The notes: generated by a model not told the origin, from the letters alone. Shown: positions 50,718-64,000, counted from the first letter of the stretch. The stretch is 64,000 nucleotides of DNA from Takakia lepidozioides (GCA_030704615.1 CM060734.1:62372001-62436000), one strand, 5' to 3'. Program-made: numbers and translations.

Positions 50718-51501
50718 CTACAAAATGGACAAGTCGATGAGGACATCGACTCCCTGTTGGTAGGGGTGTGTGTCGCGGCCCTTTGCCTTGAGGGTAGGGG
50801 GGGGGTCGGGACACATGAGGGCCTGCCCCTGTGGTGGGGGGGCAGCGCGGCAGCGATAGGTATGGGGGGCTGAAGCACCCTTGAGTGCCCAAGGCACTCA
50901 AGGAGGCGGAGGCGCTCACTAGGTGGAGCCCCGCACACCGGGTTGCGGTGGGGGTGGCTCCACAAGGGGTCGTGGTAGTTTAGCGGGACTTAGTGGGGGT
51001 GGCATAGGACTCACCATGGGGGCGGAGACCTCGTGGCGGGAGTCGTGGGGAGTCTTGGGACTCATCACGGTCCATAGGGGCCGTGGTGAGTGGGCCAAGA
51101 CTCACTGTGACTCATCGCCGGGAGTCGAGGGTTTTCGTGGTGGTTCGCCATAAAATGGCATGGCTGGTTGTGAAACCCCCGGACAGCTACAGAAGTATAT
51201 ATAGGGAGTAGTAACCCCGAGAACAGTGCAAGCCCGTTGGTGACCAAAAACTAGTGAGTAAGCGAGCGAGCCGGAAAGCGACCAAAGAGTGGGGAGCTGT
51301 TCCGGACTGCCAACTACCAAAGGGAATCCCGCTGGTTCCAAATAGGGAGGGTTCTTTGGGAGAACAAAGGGGGACCGTTATGCCCCGGTGAGCAGCCGAA
51401 GCTCCAAGTTGGCCCGGCGGCCAGGTTGGGAGTCGGGCGCGCGCATCAAAGCGAGTAACTACAACTTGAGGGGGGAGCTTACCGAAGTGAGGTGCGCGAC
51501 A
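50718..51501 (+). mobile_element. Probable continuation of the chromoviral LTR split by copy 1
   Basis: The TSD links 26719 to 50718. Non-coding, with a TATA-like gtatatatag at ~51195, ending ...gcgcgaCA at ~51501 where MULE-type motifs resume. Confidence 0.6.
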
Positions 51502-52039
51502 AGTCCCCTGCCATACAAGGCAGTCCTGGCTGCAAGTCCGGCCCATTCATTTCTACAAGTCTGCTGGCAAACCAGTCCACTGATAATGTCCTCTAGCGAA
51601 TTCCGCTGGAAGACTCACTTGCGCAAATATGGTGCAAGGTCAATCTGCTCGGATGTGTTGCCAGCAACGTCTGGGTAAGTCTGCTGCTGGTCTCCTAAGG
51701 GCAAGTCCGCTGGCAGGCCAGTCCGCGGAGGGGACTGTTCGCAAGCAGTCCACTGCAAGACTCACATGCGCGGGTCTGCTGCGACCTCAGTCTGGTCTAG
51801 CAAGTCCGCCGGAGGGGACTGTTCGCAAGCAGTCCGCTGCAAGACTCACGTGCGTGAGTCTGCTGCGACCTCAGTCTGGTCGAGCAAGTCCACTCGCAGG
51901 CGAGTCCGGTGTCGTGAGGGCAACACTCATGGCAGGTCAGAGTGGGCGAATCTGCTGCCTGAATCCGTTTGGAACAGACGGGCAGACCAGTCAACTAGAC
52001 AGTCTACTAGGTTAGTGCCCAAGTCCACTGGCGAAGTCC

Positions 52040-53319
52040 TCTTTGAAGTCTCTCATGTGGGCATGTGTACTTTGCAGGGCCGTTTTTTGAGGAGTGCTCA
52101 TTTTCCTGTGCCTTTGGCATGTCCGGCGGGCTTGGGTGAAGCAATTATGCGCGAAAACCAAAGATCCTATCACTGCCGCAAATTTGCTGAAAGATATGGG
52201 AGACCTCATGTACTGTAGAGGTGGACCAATCAATCCCGAAGAAGGTTTTGCATGGGTAGCAACAACTCTCCGACGCATGAGAAAGAAATATCCGAATGGG
52301 CATGAATTTCTGGACTACATCGATAAGGAATGGCGTCCTAAAATAGCAATGTGGTGTACAACAGCTCGCCATGTTCCGCATGCCAGTCAAGACACCAATG
52401 CTAGCATTGAGGCATACCATGGAAACTTGAATGCAAGACTGAGGATGGGGAAAGGCAAAATGACTGGGCGTAGAGTGGATTGGCTCATATGAGAACTCAC
52501 AGGCCGTGTGCTAACACACTACTGGTATGCAATTCACCTGAAGACGCACGGATTCATAATAAATGACAAACAGGAGAAGTACATGTCCAGTTCTGTGCTT
52601 GCGGCACGCGATATCCCAGCTTGCAATGTCACTCTTCCGTTCAATCCTGGGCAACCAGCCTATGTTCTAAGCACCAATCACCCAAACACAATTTACATTG
52701 TTTACAACCCCGGATGCGAATGGGCTTCTTGCACTTGCCCATGGGCAATGAAGGGCAATTTGTGCAAGCATCAAGTCCGAGTCCTGAAATTGCTTTATCC
52801 ACACGTGCAGGATGGACTCATAGTGCGCGCTTGTGGCATGACGCTGGGAACCATTCATGGAGGATTGCATAATGTGTTTAGGGTTCATACAAGTGTCGGC
52901 GACGAAGAGGGTTTGGGAAATGCAACAGAGGGCCTTCCACAGATGACTTCCCCTATGATGCGGAGCCTATCCTCATACCATCCTCCATGGATGAAGAATT
53001 TGCAGACATACTTCGCATTGTTGGGGACGACAAATACCTGCAGAAATATGTGTTGTCTTCTCTTCGTATCTGTAGGGGGCAGCTTGTTGATATTCTCGCC
53101 AAGAGTGCTGCAGGAATGCTGCACCCTGCGGCAGCAAAGAGCTTCTGTCCTGTAAATGACAACAACAATATGTCGCTGAAAAAAAAAACGGGATCGTTGA
53201 GGCATGGAAAACGCGACCCAGGGTCTTACGCAAAACAAGGAAGAGGGTTGGTGCCCCAACACCTGCAGCACACATATACTCCACAATCCGGAGAGTCGCA
53301 GACCGTATACCAGATTTAA
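52040..53319 (+). pseudogene. MULE transposase C-terminal region with SWIM zinc finger (stop codon and frameshift)
   Basis: FLCLWHVRRAW (CxxH), DTNASIEAYHGNL (catalytic E region), SCTCPWAMKGNLCKH (SWIM). Confidence 0.9.
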
Positions 53320-53407
53320 AGTAGAATAGGAAATGTAAGAAATGGTACAGTATCATTCTCCCCATGAAAGAAAATTTCGGCGGTACGATTGCATGTGCAC
53401 CAGACGT

Positions 53408-53640
53408 CCAACCTGCCTGCCAACCAGCCTGGTAAACCAGTCTTCTGGCGTCTGAACCAGTCTGCTCAATCAGTCTTCTACCGTCTGATCCAATCTACTC
53501 AACCAGTCTTCTTGTGTCTGAACCAGTCTGCTCATCCACTCTTCTGGTATCTGAACCAGTATGTTGTACCAGGCTGGGACTCAGTCTTCAAACAGTCTGC
53601 TGTGCCAGCCTTCTCCTGAGGAGACCAGTCTCCCGGTTCT
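53408..53640. repeat. Minisatellite of ~33-bp units inside the MULE
   Basis: Repeated aaccagtctgctcaa.cagtcttct..gtctg. Confidence 0.8.
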
Positions 53641-54199
53641 GAACGTGCCTGCACCTGGCTGACCAGTGAGCCTCAGACTGGCCATTCTCAACACGGTGGA
53701 CTCTCATTACTCTGCTGACCAGACTTGGCAGTCTACTGGCCAATGCCATCTACCTGTACTATACCACTCCGGTGACTCTCGACAGTCTGCTCACCAGTGT
53801 AGACTCATGGTTCCCAATCACATCCGCCAGTCGGACTGGTCCCAACTCCTCAGTCTGTCGGACTCTCGTCAGTCTGGCGACATTGCCATCTGTCTGCTCA
53901 CAAGCCTAGGCATACCCTCTTCCCGTACTCTGGTAGTCTGCTGACTCTCGGCTGTTTGCTGACCAGTGGACTCCCTTGGTATGTTAAACAAAATGATTGT
54001 GTGTGAAGAGGTAAGTTCGCTTAACAACATGCAGTGAATTGGTCACAAATCTACAGCGACTACTCCACACTGCACTCATATGCGACCAATAGGATGTGTA
54101 TACAAAGTCATATTTTATTTCGTTGCAAATACTCAAAAGCATGCTTACATGACAAATGCGTCCTATGGTGCACCTCTAATCTCAGACCCAGATGGATAT

Positions 54200-55306
54200 C
54201 TATGAGGATACTGCTTTCTCAGCAGCACTCAAACCAGTCAAGATGTACTTAAGACACTGCATCCGTTGGCCAAGTGCAAACTTGAACGTAAACCAGTGTT
54301 TCGTGAAAGGTACTCCTCTCTCTGCCCTTTTAGAAGAGGTTCGAGTATGCCCAGTTTGTAGCCATTCATAATATCCTTGGATGAAGGACATGACGTAAAA
54401 CCCGCATTCCCAGCTGAATGGTTGTTGAGGCACTTCAGGCTGAACTGAAATGCCCTAACCTCCTCCCAACCCGGTGAATCAACACTGTAGCCTAAACACT
54501 CCGCATGCAGCTTCCGTATCCATGACAAAATATATGGGCAACCATGCAAAGACTCGATGGAGTTCATGTGAGTGTAGCAGCTTTTGCACACGTCGATGAC
54601 AACAACACTCTAGTGCGCCCTGTAAGACGAATCTCATGAGTCTCACGGCAGCAGTCCACTCAGCAAACCACTCCAATTGCCTCTCCAGCAGACTCTACAG
54701 ACTCCCACATTGCACGGGTCCCACTACACTCAGCCGACTCGGCAGAGTCACGACTCAGCAGACTCATCACCCAGCAGACTCGGCATAATGAGCAGACTCG
54801 GCAGACTCGGCAGATTGAGCAGACTCCGGGCTGAGTGGGCAGACCGAGCAGACTGTCCTCATTCAAAAGACAGAACAGACTGGGTATGCAAGATCTTACT
54901 CCTCCACAATCGGAATGATTATATGATGGCAGTCTTTTATGTCTCTGCCGAGCCGAGGGACGCTCCAGCAAGAATGCAGATACTCCACTAGCCTTTCTCG
55001 TGGCCCGTCCCAATGTGTCATCATACGAGACCACGTTGAGGCTGGCATAAGAGCAACAGTACTTGAGTACTTGTCTTCAACCGACTTCTCATAGAAACGA
55101 CACCACAGCTCCAACATTCTATCTGTGCACTCCGACTCCACCTTCTCAAGTGGCTTCAAGTCCGGAGGCCCGATGGAGCACTCATACCGGGGGTCGCCTT
55201 CATAAAAATGAACCATGCAATTGCCGGCCGCGACATTCCGTCGCAGGGCCGCGGCAAAACGAGAACCCAACCTGCACATAGACCACGACCTTGTGTGAAA
55301 ACCCAT
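54200..55306 (-). pseudogene. Ulp1-like (peptidase C48) SUMO protease domain carried by the MULE, in several exons
   Basis: DIKDCHHIIIPIVEE, then WTAAV, then PQQPFSWECGFYVMSFI (Q...CG motif). The catalytic His is not clearly seen. Confidence 0.7.
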
Positions 55307-55524
55307 GTACGCAACGGTCTGAGTGGACTGACTCCATACAATAGACTGCCCATACCGAGCGGACTGAGCGGACTCGTCAGACTCACCAGACCGAGCGGAC
55401 TGAGCAGACTCACACTTCTGAGCAGACTGGAGTGACCAGACTCACCAGACTGGGAGGACTACTCACTGGTGCATTTCTCGCTGAAGAACCACTTCCTTGT
55501 CCGTATCCAATGCCATTTTGCGGT

Positions 55525-55900
55525 CCTTCAAGTGGGAGGGGATACACCTACTCCGAGTGTGGGAGGATGGTCGGGTGAGGATTGTGCCTCACCCAACAGA
55601 GCGTGCATGATTAGTGCGGCATGCCCATGAGGAGTTGGGGCATTTTGGAGTGCGACTCACTCATAGTCTATTGTAGGGGCAGTATTGTTGGCGTGGTATG
55701 CACACAGAGGTGCAACGATTCGTGGCTAGGTGCATGATGTGTGACATGGTGCGTGCTTCATTCAACGTCCCTACACCCCAGTTGCATCCTCTTCCGATCA
55801 TGAGATTGGGCTACGGATGGAGTCTTGACTTCGCATGACCGTTACCATTGACGGATGCGCCACCACAGATATATGTTGGTGATGGTGGAGCACTTCTCCA
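55525..55900 (+). mobile_element. Isolated, decayed integrase fragment of the DNMT-Gypsy family
   Basis: Aligns by eye to ~40507-40880 but has several stop codons; no termini on either side. Confidence 0.9.
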
Positions 55901-58900
55901 ATTCATGAAGACAGCGGACTTGCCTTTCTTCGCAGGTTTCTTGGCAACAGGACCCTCCCGAATTTCCTGAGTCTGCTCCATGACAGTCCGCTTCTTCGCT
56001 CTACTTGTGCCCAGGGATTTGGCGACTACTGTGGCCGGGTTCGATTCAGCAGACTGATAAAGTGATGCGGTCCTGCTTCGCAAGACGACTGTGTCTGCAG
56101 GCTTGTTCACACTTGCAGGACCTGTATTGGCAGCCTCACGGGTCGCATGCGTTGAACAATCATCTATAGCTTTCGCAAGCAAACGAACCAAAATCGGGCT
56201 GAGCTGAATGGAAATAGTTGGCAGGCCATGGGTCACTGGAGAAGAATGGTTTACCGGTGCCCGGCTTATATCCTCAAACGATGCGCCAATATGTGAAGAT
56301 GGCCGAGCGGGAAAAGAAGACTCCATCAATGCACTGATAGAACTCCCCACAAATTCAGAGACAGGGTCCCGTTGAGGCTAGTGCAGCCGACTCTGTTCAA
56401 TGAGCCAGGATCCAAACTGGTGGACAGGAAGTGTAGTTGGGTCCTCTGAGTCAGTGTGGTCGTGAATCTGCTGGACAGTCTGCAGGGCACTGTCATTGTG
56501 GTGACTGCTTTCAGTCTACTAGACGGTCCGCTCAATGGTATGCTACACAGTCTGCTGGTGCACGGCCAGGTCATCCGTCTGCAGCCCGGTCTACTCATTG
56601 GTTTGGTGGACGGTTTGCTTGACAGCGACGTCATCGGTATGCTGCACGGTCTGGTGTAGAGGTAGTCCTTCAGTCTGCTCGCCGGTCTGCTCATGAGTCT
56701 GCTTGTCCTCGGTGTGGCCTGTAGTGCGCCCACGCTCCTGAACAGTGGCTGGGATAGTGTTGACAGTCTATCCATGCTCTTTTTGTTGTAGTGGGTCAGT
56801 CTGCTGAGCAATGGCAACGTCAGCAGTTTGCTGAACGGTGTCATGGAGTCCTTGTAACGCCAGCACAACATCTCGTGCACCTCTGGACAGGGAATCAAAA
56901 GCACACTGCACGTGCTCGTCTAAATCGGACATTCCTGAAATAGATGAGTTGGACAAAGTGAGTCTGACAAGATGGTGGAAGAAAAGACCATGAACCTCAC
57001 AACGGTCCAGAAGAAGTCAGCATTACCTTCTAGGAGGTTGCCAATGAGACCAATATCTTGGATTTGGCGTCCCAAGCATGCTCCATCGAGATTGCGAATC
57101 GCCGGCATGCGGTTTTCAAATGGGGAGCCGCACCATAGGACTTTGAACACATCCGGTCTGTTCAACACAATATCGAACACTGCTCGCTCCATTACCGCAG
57201 CAAACCATTGCAACGCCTCATCCACAACACTTTTCTTACCCGCATCCGAATCTGAATGAAACAAATACTTCCTCAAACTTTGCAGGTCCTTTACCAATTT
57301 ACTGTATGAACGGAAATTGCCAAACTGCATTCATCGATGGTGAAGGAAAGAATTAGCAATGCGATCAAAGTACTCTTCAGTAATTCCAAGCAAGTGTTTC
57401 CCCGCACCCAAAGGTGGGATGTGCCATGGGCATATGTCTGAGTTCCTGAGGCCGTGGGTCATCCATGAGGATTAATTGGATAAGCAGTGGCGGGGCATTT
57501 TGGACCTTCGTGGCTGCCAGGGCCACAGAATGTGCGCTTTCGAGGACTTCATTCGCTTCTGCCATAATAAATTCCATGGAATAATGAAAGGGAACAAAAG
57601 GCCACCGGCCGTCCGTGACAATGCGATGGAGCTCATTATACCAATCCGACTTCCCCCACCCTCAGACGGGCAAGTGTCAGGTCCACAGCTTCGGGATCAA
57701 TGAGCGGCAATGGCGAGCGCCAAATTCCAAAAAGTCCCGTGGTGGTCGTGACAATGAGAGTCTGTTGGCTGGGAGTCCGCTCGACAGTAGTGTGGTGGAT
57801 GGGCGTCTTCTGGGTGGCAGTCTGCTGGTTGGGAGTCTCCTGAATAGTAGTCTACTGGATGGGAGTATGCTGGACGAGAATCTGGTACATGGGAGTGTGT
57901 TGGACAAGACTGCACTGACTGTGAGTCTGGTGGGAAAGAGTCTGCTGGATGCCAGATTGGGTGAGGTCTGTGTCCACCGAGTCTGCAGTGAGTATGGTGT
58001 TGACTGGGGAGTTGGCGAGTGTTTTGTCTGCAGAGTCCAGTGCTGCTATGGCGTCTGCTGAGCCAGGGTACTTAAACAAGATGTACTCCCTCACCTGCTC
58101 CACTTCCCGACGCACCGCATTCACTGCTAAAGGAGGGTCGGAGCTCACCATTCGCCAAGCACACAAGGCCTCCCGAATACTGGCTCATTCATCCTAGTAT
58201 ATGACAGAAAACCCAAAAACTCAGCATCGGACTCACTAGCAGCAGACTTACTAGCAGCAGACTCACGAGGAGACTCACCAGCATCGTGGCACAGAACAAA
58301 GGAACCAGTGGACTCCAGGGACTGACGAGCAAGTCCACAAGCAGGGGACTGACCAGCTAGTCCACAAGCATGGGACTGACCGGCAAGTCCACAAGCAGAC
58401 TGACGCAGCAGACCAAGCAGGTAGATTGAACCAGCAGACTCTATGACAACAGACACCAACTGTGGGGACAGACTGGGCATTAACTCATCGTCGTCGTCGA
58501 CACAGACATCCTCCTCATCTTCACAGGAGCTCAACCAATTTTCCTCCGCTGCTCGGATGGTTCTGCTGAGCTGTCTGGACTGGGCGAAATTGTAGAAAAA
58601 ACGGAAGAAGTCTGGATCGTCCACTGGTGGGCACACCGATGGGAGAAGCCCAAATGGTATGAGGCGTAATGTGCCAGGACAGACTCCACTGGTAGTCTCT
58701 TTTGAGTGGATTTCGTCCACGTGAACCCTCGACTGGTCAAGCAAGACAATGTCGACGGGAGATGAGACACCTCCCAGACCTGCGAATTCATCATTCCGAA
58801 TGATGTCTGCAGACGGCTCAACAAACTGGCTCTCACTCGAAGTACTGATGGTCTGCGTCTGCTGCGTAGACCGTCTCCCTGGCACAGCCCATGACACTTC

Positions 58901-59499
58901 CCGACTGCCTTGGGGACGAGTCTGCTGTTGAGATTTTGCCCTCGCCTCCTAGCAGACCTTGCAGCCTTTTCTCTTTCCTTCTTTTGGGCCCCATCACTAA
59001 GTTTCCTTTTTCTGGGAGCCACAGGCGATGGCGATGTCAGGTCATGCACATCTTGCATTGAAACATCCAAACCCACCCCATACTGTGCGCGCACCTCCGC
59101 CAAAGTGCGGGCCTTTGGGTTTGCGCCACGGAGTCTAGCCGTGGCCGCATCCACCACCCTCATTGAATTTTGAGCTGGCCACGGCTTGAAGCCGGGTGGG
59201 ATATAGCGCTTGTTTTTGCAACCCATGTCAACACAATGGCGGTTCAGCTGCACTTTGTCCTTGATAATTTCACTACAGAAGGGACAGTGGAGCTTATCCT
59301 TCTGCCAGTTGGAGTCTGCAGGCTTGATTGTGCGGAGGTTTAAGAATGCTTCGACTATTTTCGCATCATACTCCTCAGGTGAGTACCAGTACCTTCGCTC
59401 CTTTAGCTTGGACTTGTGCATGAAATGCAACCAGTCTGCTCCACCCTTTGCACAAGCATCCTCCATGGCTGCAGAATCAGACAAGAGCTGCAGCGGCAA
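55900..59499 (-). CDS. Upstream exons of the MULE second gene, including a zinc-finger-like motif and low-complexity regions
   Basis: Minus-strand ORFs 58531-59499 (LHCPFCSEIIKDKVQLNRHCVDMGC), 58145-58897, 57377-57577, 56920-57330 and 55811-56350, co-oriented with the Ulp1-like domain. Gene model unresolved. Confidence 0.5.
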
Positions 59500-61522
59500 T
59501 GAACGACAAACAGACTAAGAATAAGAAAGCAGAGAAGAGCGGAAAAGAGAATGGAAGGAAACCAAAGTACAAAGCACAAAGAGGAAAGCTCACCGGGCAA
59601 CAGGCGACGGTTGTTGCGACGATTCGGTGCACACGCGACTGTCCTCGCCTTGAAAACCTAACACGCACAAATGACCAATGGGAGGTGGACAGTGCGAAAG
59701 AAGTCCAGCGGGAAGTGGACCCTGCATGTGCGGAGTGACGTGGCGAGATTTCACTGGCGCCTTTTTTTGGCCGCCATCACATTAAATAGTTGCAGACCCC
59801 TCACACGTGCTGGCGGTATGCCATTGCACGGACAGTCCAACAGACGGGATGAGTGGGACTATCGTGAGTATGCCGTCGTCGCATTCATCAAGTCCAGCAG
59901 ACTTACTCCTGATGACAAAGACAGCCGAGCAGACCCAGTACCCTCCACAACAGGCTCATACCAACGCAAGGACAGACTGACGACTGAGGTTAAGCGGACT
60001 GACGAAGAGACTAAGGCGAGTGTGGAGTCTGGTGCGGAGTCTGATGACGTGCCGCGACGTGACTGGGCCTCCTTACCGCTGTCACTGCATTTATTGCATC
60101 CAGCAGGCTTAAACCTAATGACATAATGGCCGAACAGACCCACTGCAAACAAACTTGCGCAACCATAGACTCGTATGCCACTGCTCGGACAGTCCAGCAG
60201 ACGAAAGGTTCAACAGACTGACGAAGAGACTGGCGTAGAGTAATTTGCGCGACAACAGACTGATTTCTAACTGACTAATATCCCAAAAGACAAAGTATCC
60301 CTTAGGCGGCCGGGTGATACGGGAGTAAACCGTAATCCGCGTCCAGCAGACTTACATATGATAATAATCACGGCTCAACAGACCCAGCGCAAACAGACTT
60401 GCGCCACAGTAGACTGACTTTGTGACAGTCCAGCTGACTGATATCAGAAGAGACGGACAGAGCAGCAGTCCGACGGCTTAGCAAACTCACGGCAATGCGG
60501 ATAATTAAAAGGTAGTAGTTAAACGGACTCATATCCGAAGAGACGGACTTCCAGCTGACCAACGGTTCAACAGACTGACGAGAGAAGAGACTTCGGGGAT
60601 AAGATGAGAGAAGACACTTCGGAATTCGGCAAGCAATGACGGCCCAGTAGTCCAGTGAAGAACAAACTCACGCCACACCAGACTTGTATCCTTACAGACC
60701 AACAGTCCAGCAGACCAGATTGATATCCCATCAGAACCACGCTTGGCGTCGCCGTCATGTCGTGGTTGCATTTCATCCGTCCAGCAGACTTGCATATGCC
60801 CATACTCATGGCACAACACACTGCTTAGAGAAAGTACGGACAAAGACGCAGTCGAAGAGCCTGTTGATCCACGCGCATTTACAGTCGTAAGGACCTCGAA
60901 CATCCACAAGCAACGTGAATCCACATCTCTCAGGCTACGTCTCCTTTCCCATTGTCCAGTTTTCAAGGAGACGGTAGTGGTTGAGATGTGATGTTTCAGG
61001 AGGTGCATCTGGATGTTTGAGGACCTTCGGACTGGATCCTGTTCCGTTCACACTCTCCGCAGTTCCCAGACATGTGGTGGCAGAGACGTCCTCCCCTAAA
61101 CAGTCTCATCGGTGGACATAAATTCTGCAATGTATACACGCCCCCACGTGCATATGCTTCCGCCGCTATCGTGTTACCAATGGTTTCCTGCTCCATACGA
61201 AGGAGCTTGGACTCGGAGACACACCACAAACCGTAAACGCATGCAATTTTTCCACATATCGTCCTAAAAAATAAGCACGTCAGCACAAAACGAAGGCGAA
61301 AATAATGGAAGCATATGCACGATGGTGGCTGTAGAGCCCCGCCAGCCCTCTCATGTTCAGGCACACCCTTCATCGTCATTAAAATCGCCATAAACAAGAA
61401 CAACAGCCGCATGCGTGCAAAGTCACCTCCGCAACATTAGACAACAAAGAGCCGCAAGAACGAGACAACAACAACGAGTGGGCGAGTTCGTGGCAAGGTG
61501 TTACGATCTTCCATGCCCTAAA

Positions 61523-61897
61523 CATGGATGGCGCGGATGGGTTTCTCAGAATGGACGATCCAGATCCTTCGGCCGGCACGGACTAACAGACTGACAGACT
61601 GGGGGGCAGCAGACGGGCACAGCGGACTGTTGGGTGGACTTGCGGGGACTGGCACAGCGGATTGACGTGCACAACAGACTGGCCGGCAGACTGGCGGTTT
61701 GGCGGACTGAGGGGAACCGGACTCACGGGCAGCGGACTGGCGGGCGGACTGGCCGCGCCGGACTGGGGCCGCGGGCGCGGCAGCAGTGGGCTACGCGCGC
61801 AGCGGCGGCGGGCGGGGGGTCCAGGTGTCCGTGCACGGGGCCCACCGGTCAGCTCGCGCGTGCGCCATAACGTCCCAATTATTGTAAAATGAGAGGC
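61523..61897 (-). repeat. Right terminal inverted repeat of the MULE
   Basis: Reverse complement of 20832-21236, followed by TSD TATAACAAC. Confidence 0.93.
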
Positions 61898-62178
61898 TAT
61901 AACAACTAACCGTAAAGGAGGGAAAAATATCCCACCCTAACAATTATAAAGGTCATACTTAACGAGGTCCACTAGATGGAAAGTAACATTTACACCTTAA
62001 TTTAGATTATAATAAGAAAAAAGGTCCGTTTGTCTAGAATTGGATGTCCTAGCGGCGTGCAATTCTTTTTGAATTGATAAACATTTTGAATGCAAAAGAG
62101 TAGTTGAGGTTGTTGTTCAATATAAAGCTGAATAATATGTAGTGCAGCATTAACTTCTGAAAATAATACTGCGGACTC

Positions 62179-62450
62179 TTATGGAATTAAAATTTCCTCT
62201 TCGTCATGCTCCTCGACTTCTTCCACTGGACCAACCATGTCCCAAATCTCATCATCTTTTGGTTGAAATGGCTCGTTTAAATCAAACTGAGCCTCAAAAT
62301 TAAGAAACTCCAAGGCATCCATGGTCGGAGCCTCAACATCATGAAGGATGGAAAGCTCAGCGATGATGCAAAAGTCCATCAATTTCATCCAACTCTACAT
62401 TTGTACTTGATCCGGAAGCATCACCAATCTCCGTTCCGGAGAGCCCATTC
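62179..62450 (-). other. Possible acidic C-terminal remnant of a DNA transposase
   Basis: Short acidic reading frame (LEFLNFEAQFDLNEPF..EEVEEHDEEEI) in AT-rich DNA; no diagnostic motif. Confidence 0.25.
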
Positions 62451-62910
62451 AGGTTCACAGAGGTTGTTGAAAGTAGGAAGACTACATAGTAATAAAATTA
62501 TTCTAAGTGTTTAGAGCAACAGAAGCAAGTAGGAAGTACTCTATATTTTTTGAAGCACGTGCATTTCAACCTTTTTGACCTTCCAGCAAAATCTAAGCCT
62601 ATAGAACTTCCCAGGATTGGAGTTGCATAATGACACCTAACAAATAGAGACTATGACTTTCCGTTATTTAACAAATAACACTCTTTGACTCATTCCAGTG
62701 TAATATTCTACAGAGTATAAAAAACGTAACAATAAAAGAGATATAACAAGAGGGAGGTAACATTTAAAGAGGGTCGACAGTAGATGGGTGATTAGCCGTA
62801 ACTAGCTGGGCAGCTGACTAACTCTTCTCACTTATCATAATCGTCGTCAGCGAAGCTATAAACCCCAAACCCTCTTCGTCTCGCTGTGCATTGTGGTTGA
62901 AGGATCGGCG

Positions 62911-63877
62911 ATGGCGGGTGTGAGCAGAGGCGTATCGAGGTCCATACTTTCTTCTACAAAGTCTGCATTTCGCATTTGTAGTAAACCCAGCGAGACTGTA
63001 TCAGGATCGAGGCGGGGCATGACACCCACGAGCATGCCGCCATCGCTGCCAGCTCCCTTTTCTCACAATCGCTCTGCCAAGTCGTTCTTGGAGACCCGGC
63101 GGCCTTCTTCCTTTTTCTTCAGGTAGCTATCTAGATCTTTGAGACTTTCATCTTTTGCGGAGAGAGAGAGATGGCACCGGGTGTATTGAAAAGCTTGGTG
63201 GGCAAAGACACTAGAATTTGGTTTTAAAAAGCATAAACGCATGCAAAATGAACCAGGAGCCATCAGAGATTGGGCAAGCGTAGGGAGCGAGAGGCTTGTG
63301 AGGTGGACGACGGAGGGGGTTAAATGAAGGTGAGCATCCAGAGGATGTTGGTTGTAGCATTAGGTGAACTGTAGTAATGGACGAACCAATTGCGGCTTTG
63401 TCTTAAGAGCAATAGGTACGATTGTCATGTTGCATCGAAGCATCCCCTGACTGCTGATGTTTCCCGCTGGGGAATCCTCTGGTTGTTTTTGCATTCTATT
63501 CTTCATTTCTATCGTTCTCTTCCACCAGGCGCTGAGGTTGTATATTCTAATTGGCAAAATTGGCCCATGGTGCACTGAATTGGCAGACTGTTGGTTTGTT
63601 TCCTTGGGGGTGGATCGGTGGAGCTGGGCAAACAGGTTACCGGGTGAGGTGGCATGTACACTGTCCTTGCTGCCATTGCACAGTGCTACCGCTGCTTCAC
63701 GTATGGTGCCTCAGCTCAGCACCACAGCTGGCACCCTGCTCCAGGGTACGCTCACCCACATGTCTCCTGATCGGTAGTGTGCGTTGCTAATCTCCCTCTT
63801 TTCTCCCACTCTTTTGATTGGTAGCTTCTTTCCTTGCAGGATCCATAGTTGCCTTCTGCACTATAAGACAATCATGA
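62911..63877 (+). CDS. NUCLEAR FUSION DEFECTIVE 6 / NOXY2-like small organellar protein
   Basis: Exon 1 62911-63122 is S/R-rich like a transit peptide. Exon 2 63636-63745 reads [24 protein letters not shown] (family motif SLLPLHSATA). The last exon from 63840 is tentative. Confidence 0.75.
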
Positions 63878-64000
63878 TTTTACCTTTATTCATGAATTGG
63901 TATGTCTGGACCATTTGCTGCAAATGGTCACAGTTATCATTGTTACCCCTCTTGGTCGTCTTCCAAGGCATGTCTGGTGCCCTTCCCTCCTTTCTTCTCC

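Noticed and set aside
60715-60750. 5S rRNA-like stretch (atcccatcagaac)
   Set aside because: Only ~13 nt resemble 5S rRNA and the flanks do not match.

Overview
Eukaryotic nuclear DNA from a land plant, most likely seed-free (inferred from a bryophyte/fern-style PLS-DYW PPR gene, a class III sirtuin and squalene-hopene cyclase sequence). Layout: 1-1798 is a 400-bp tandem array whose unit looks like a TIR-bounded MITE. 2.0-19.0 kb holds four host genes (PPR-DYW, PUB62/63-like U-box, SIRT5-like sirtuin, SKIP1-like F-box), followed by a LINE remnant. 20832-61897 is one Mutator-like element (about 400-bp TIRs, 9-bp TSD, SWIM transposase, Ulp1-like protease) inflated to 41 kb by nested insertions. 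An NFD6-like gene ends the window. The nested insertions are the main result: three copies (two complete, one 5' fragment) of an unusual ~12-kb Ty3/Gypsy-type retrotransposon. Its coding order is extra ORF - gag - protease - C5 DNA methyltransferase - RT - RNase H - DDE integrase - PHD finger. It lacks conventional paired LTRs. Its ends are split direct repeats (A1...B1-GC-A2-B2) with TGTC...GACA termini, 4-bp TSDs and an internal palindromic end-to-end junction (GACA-GC-TGTC). That architecture is known from tyrosine-recombinase retroelements (PAT/Ngaro), not from integrase-encoding ones. Each copy carries different intronless host-gene fragments in the same 5' slot. All calls are by eye and from motif recall, with no database searches; exon borders and internal coordinates are approximate unless sequence is quoted.
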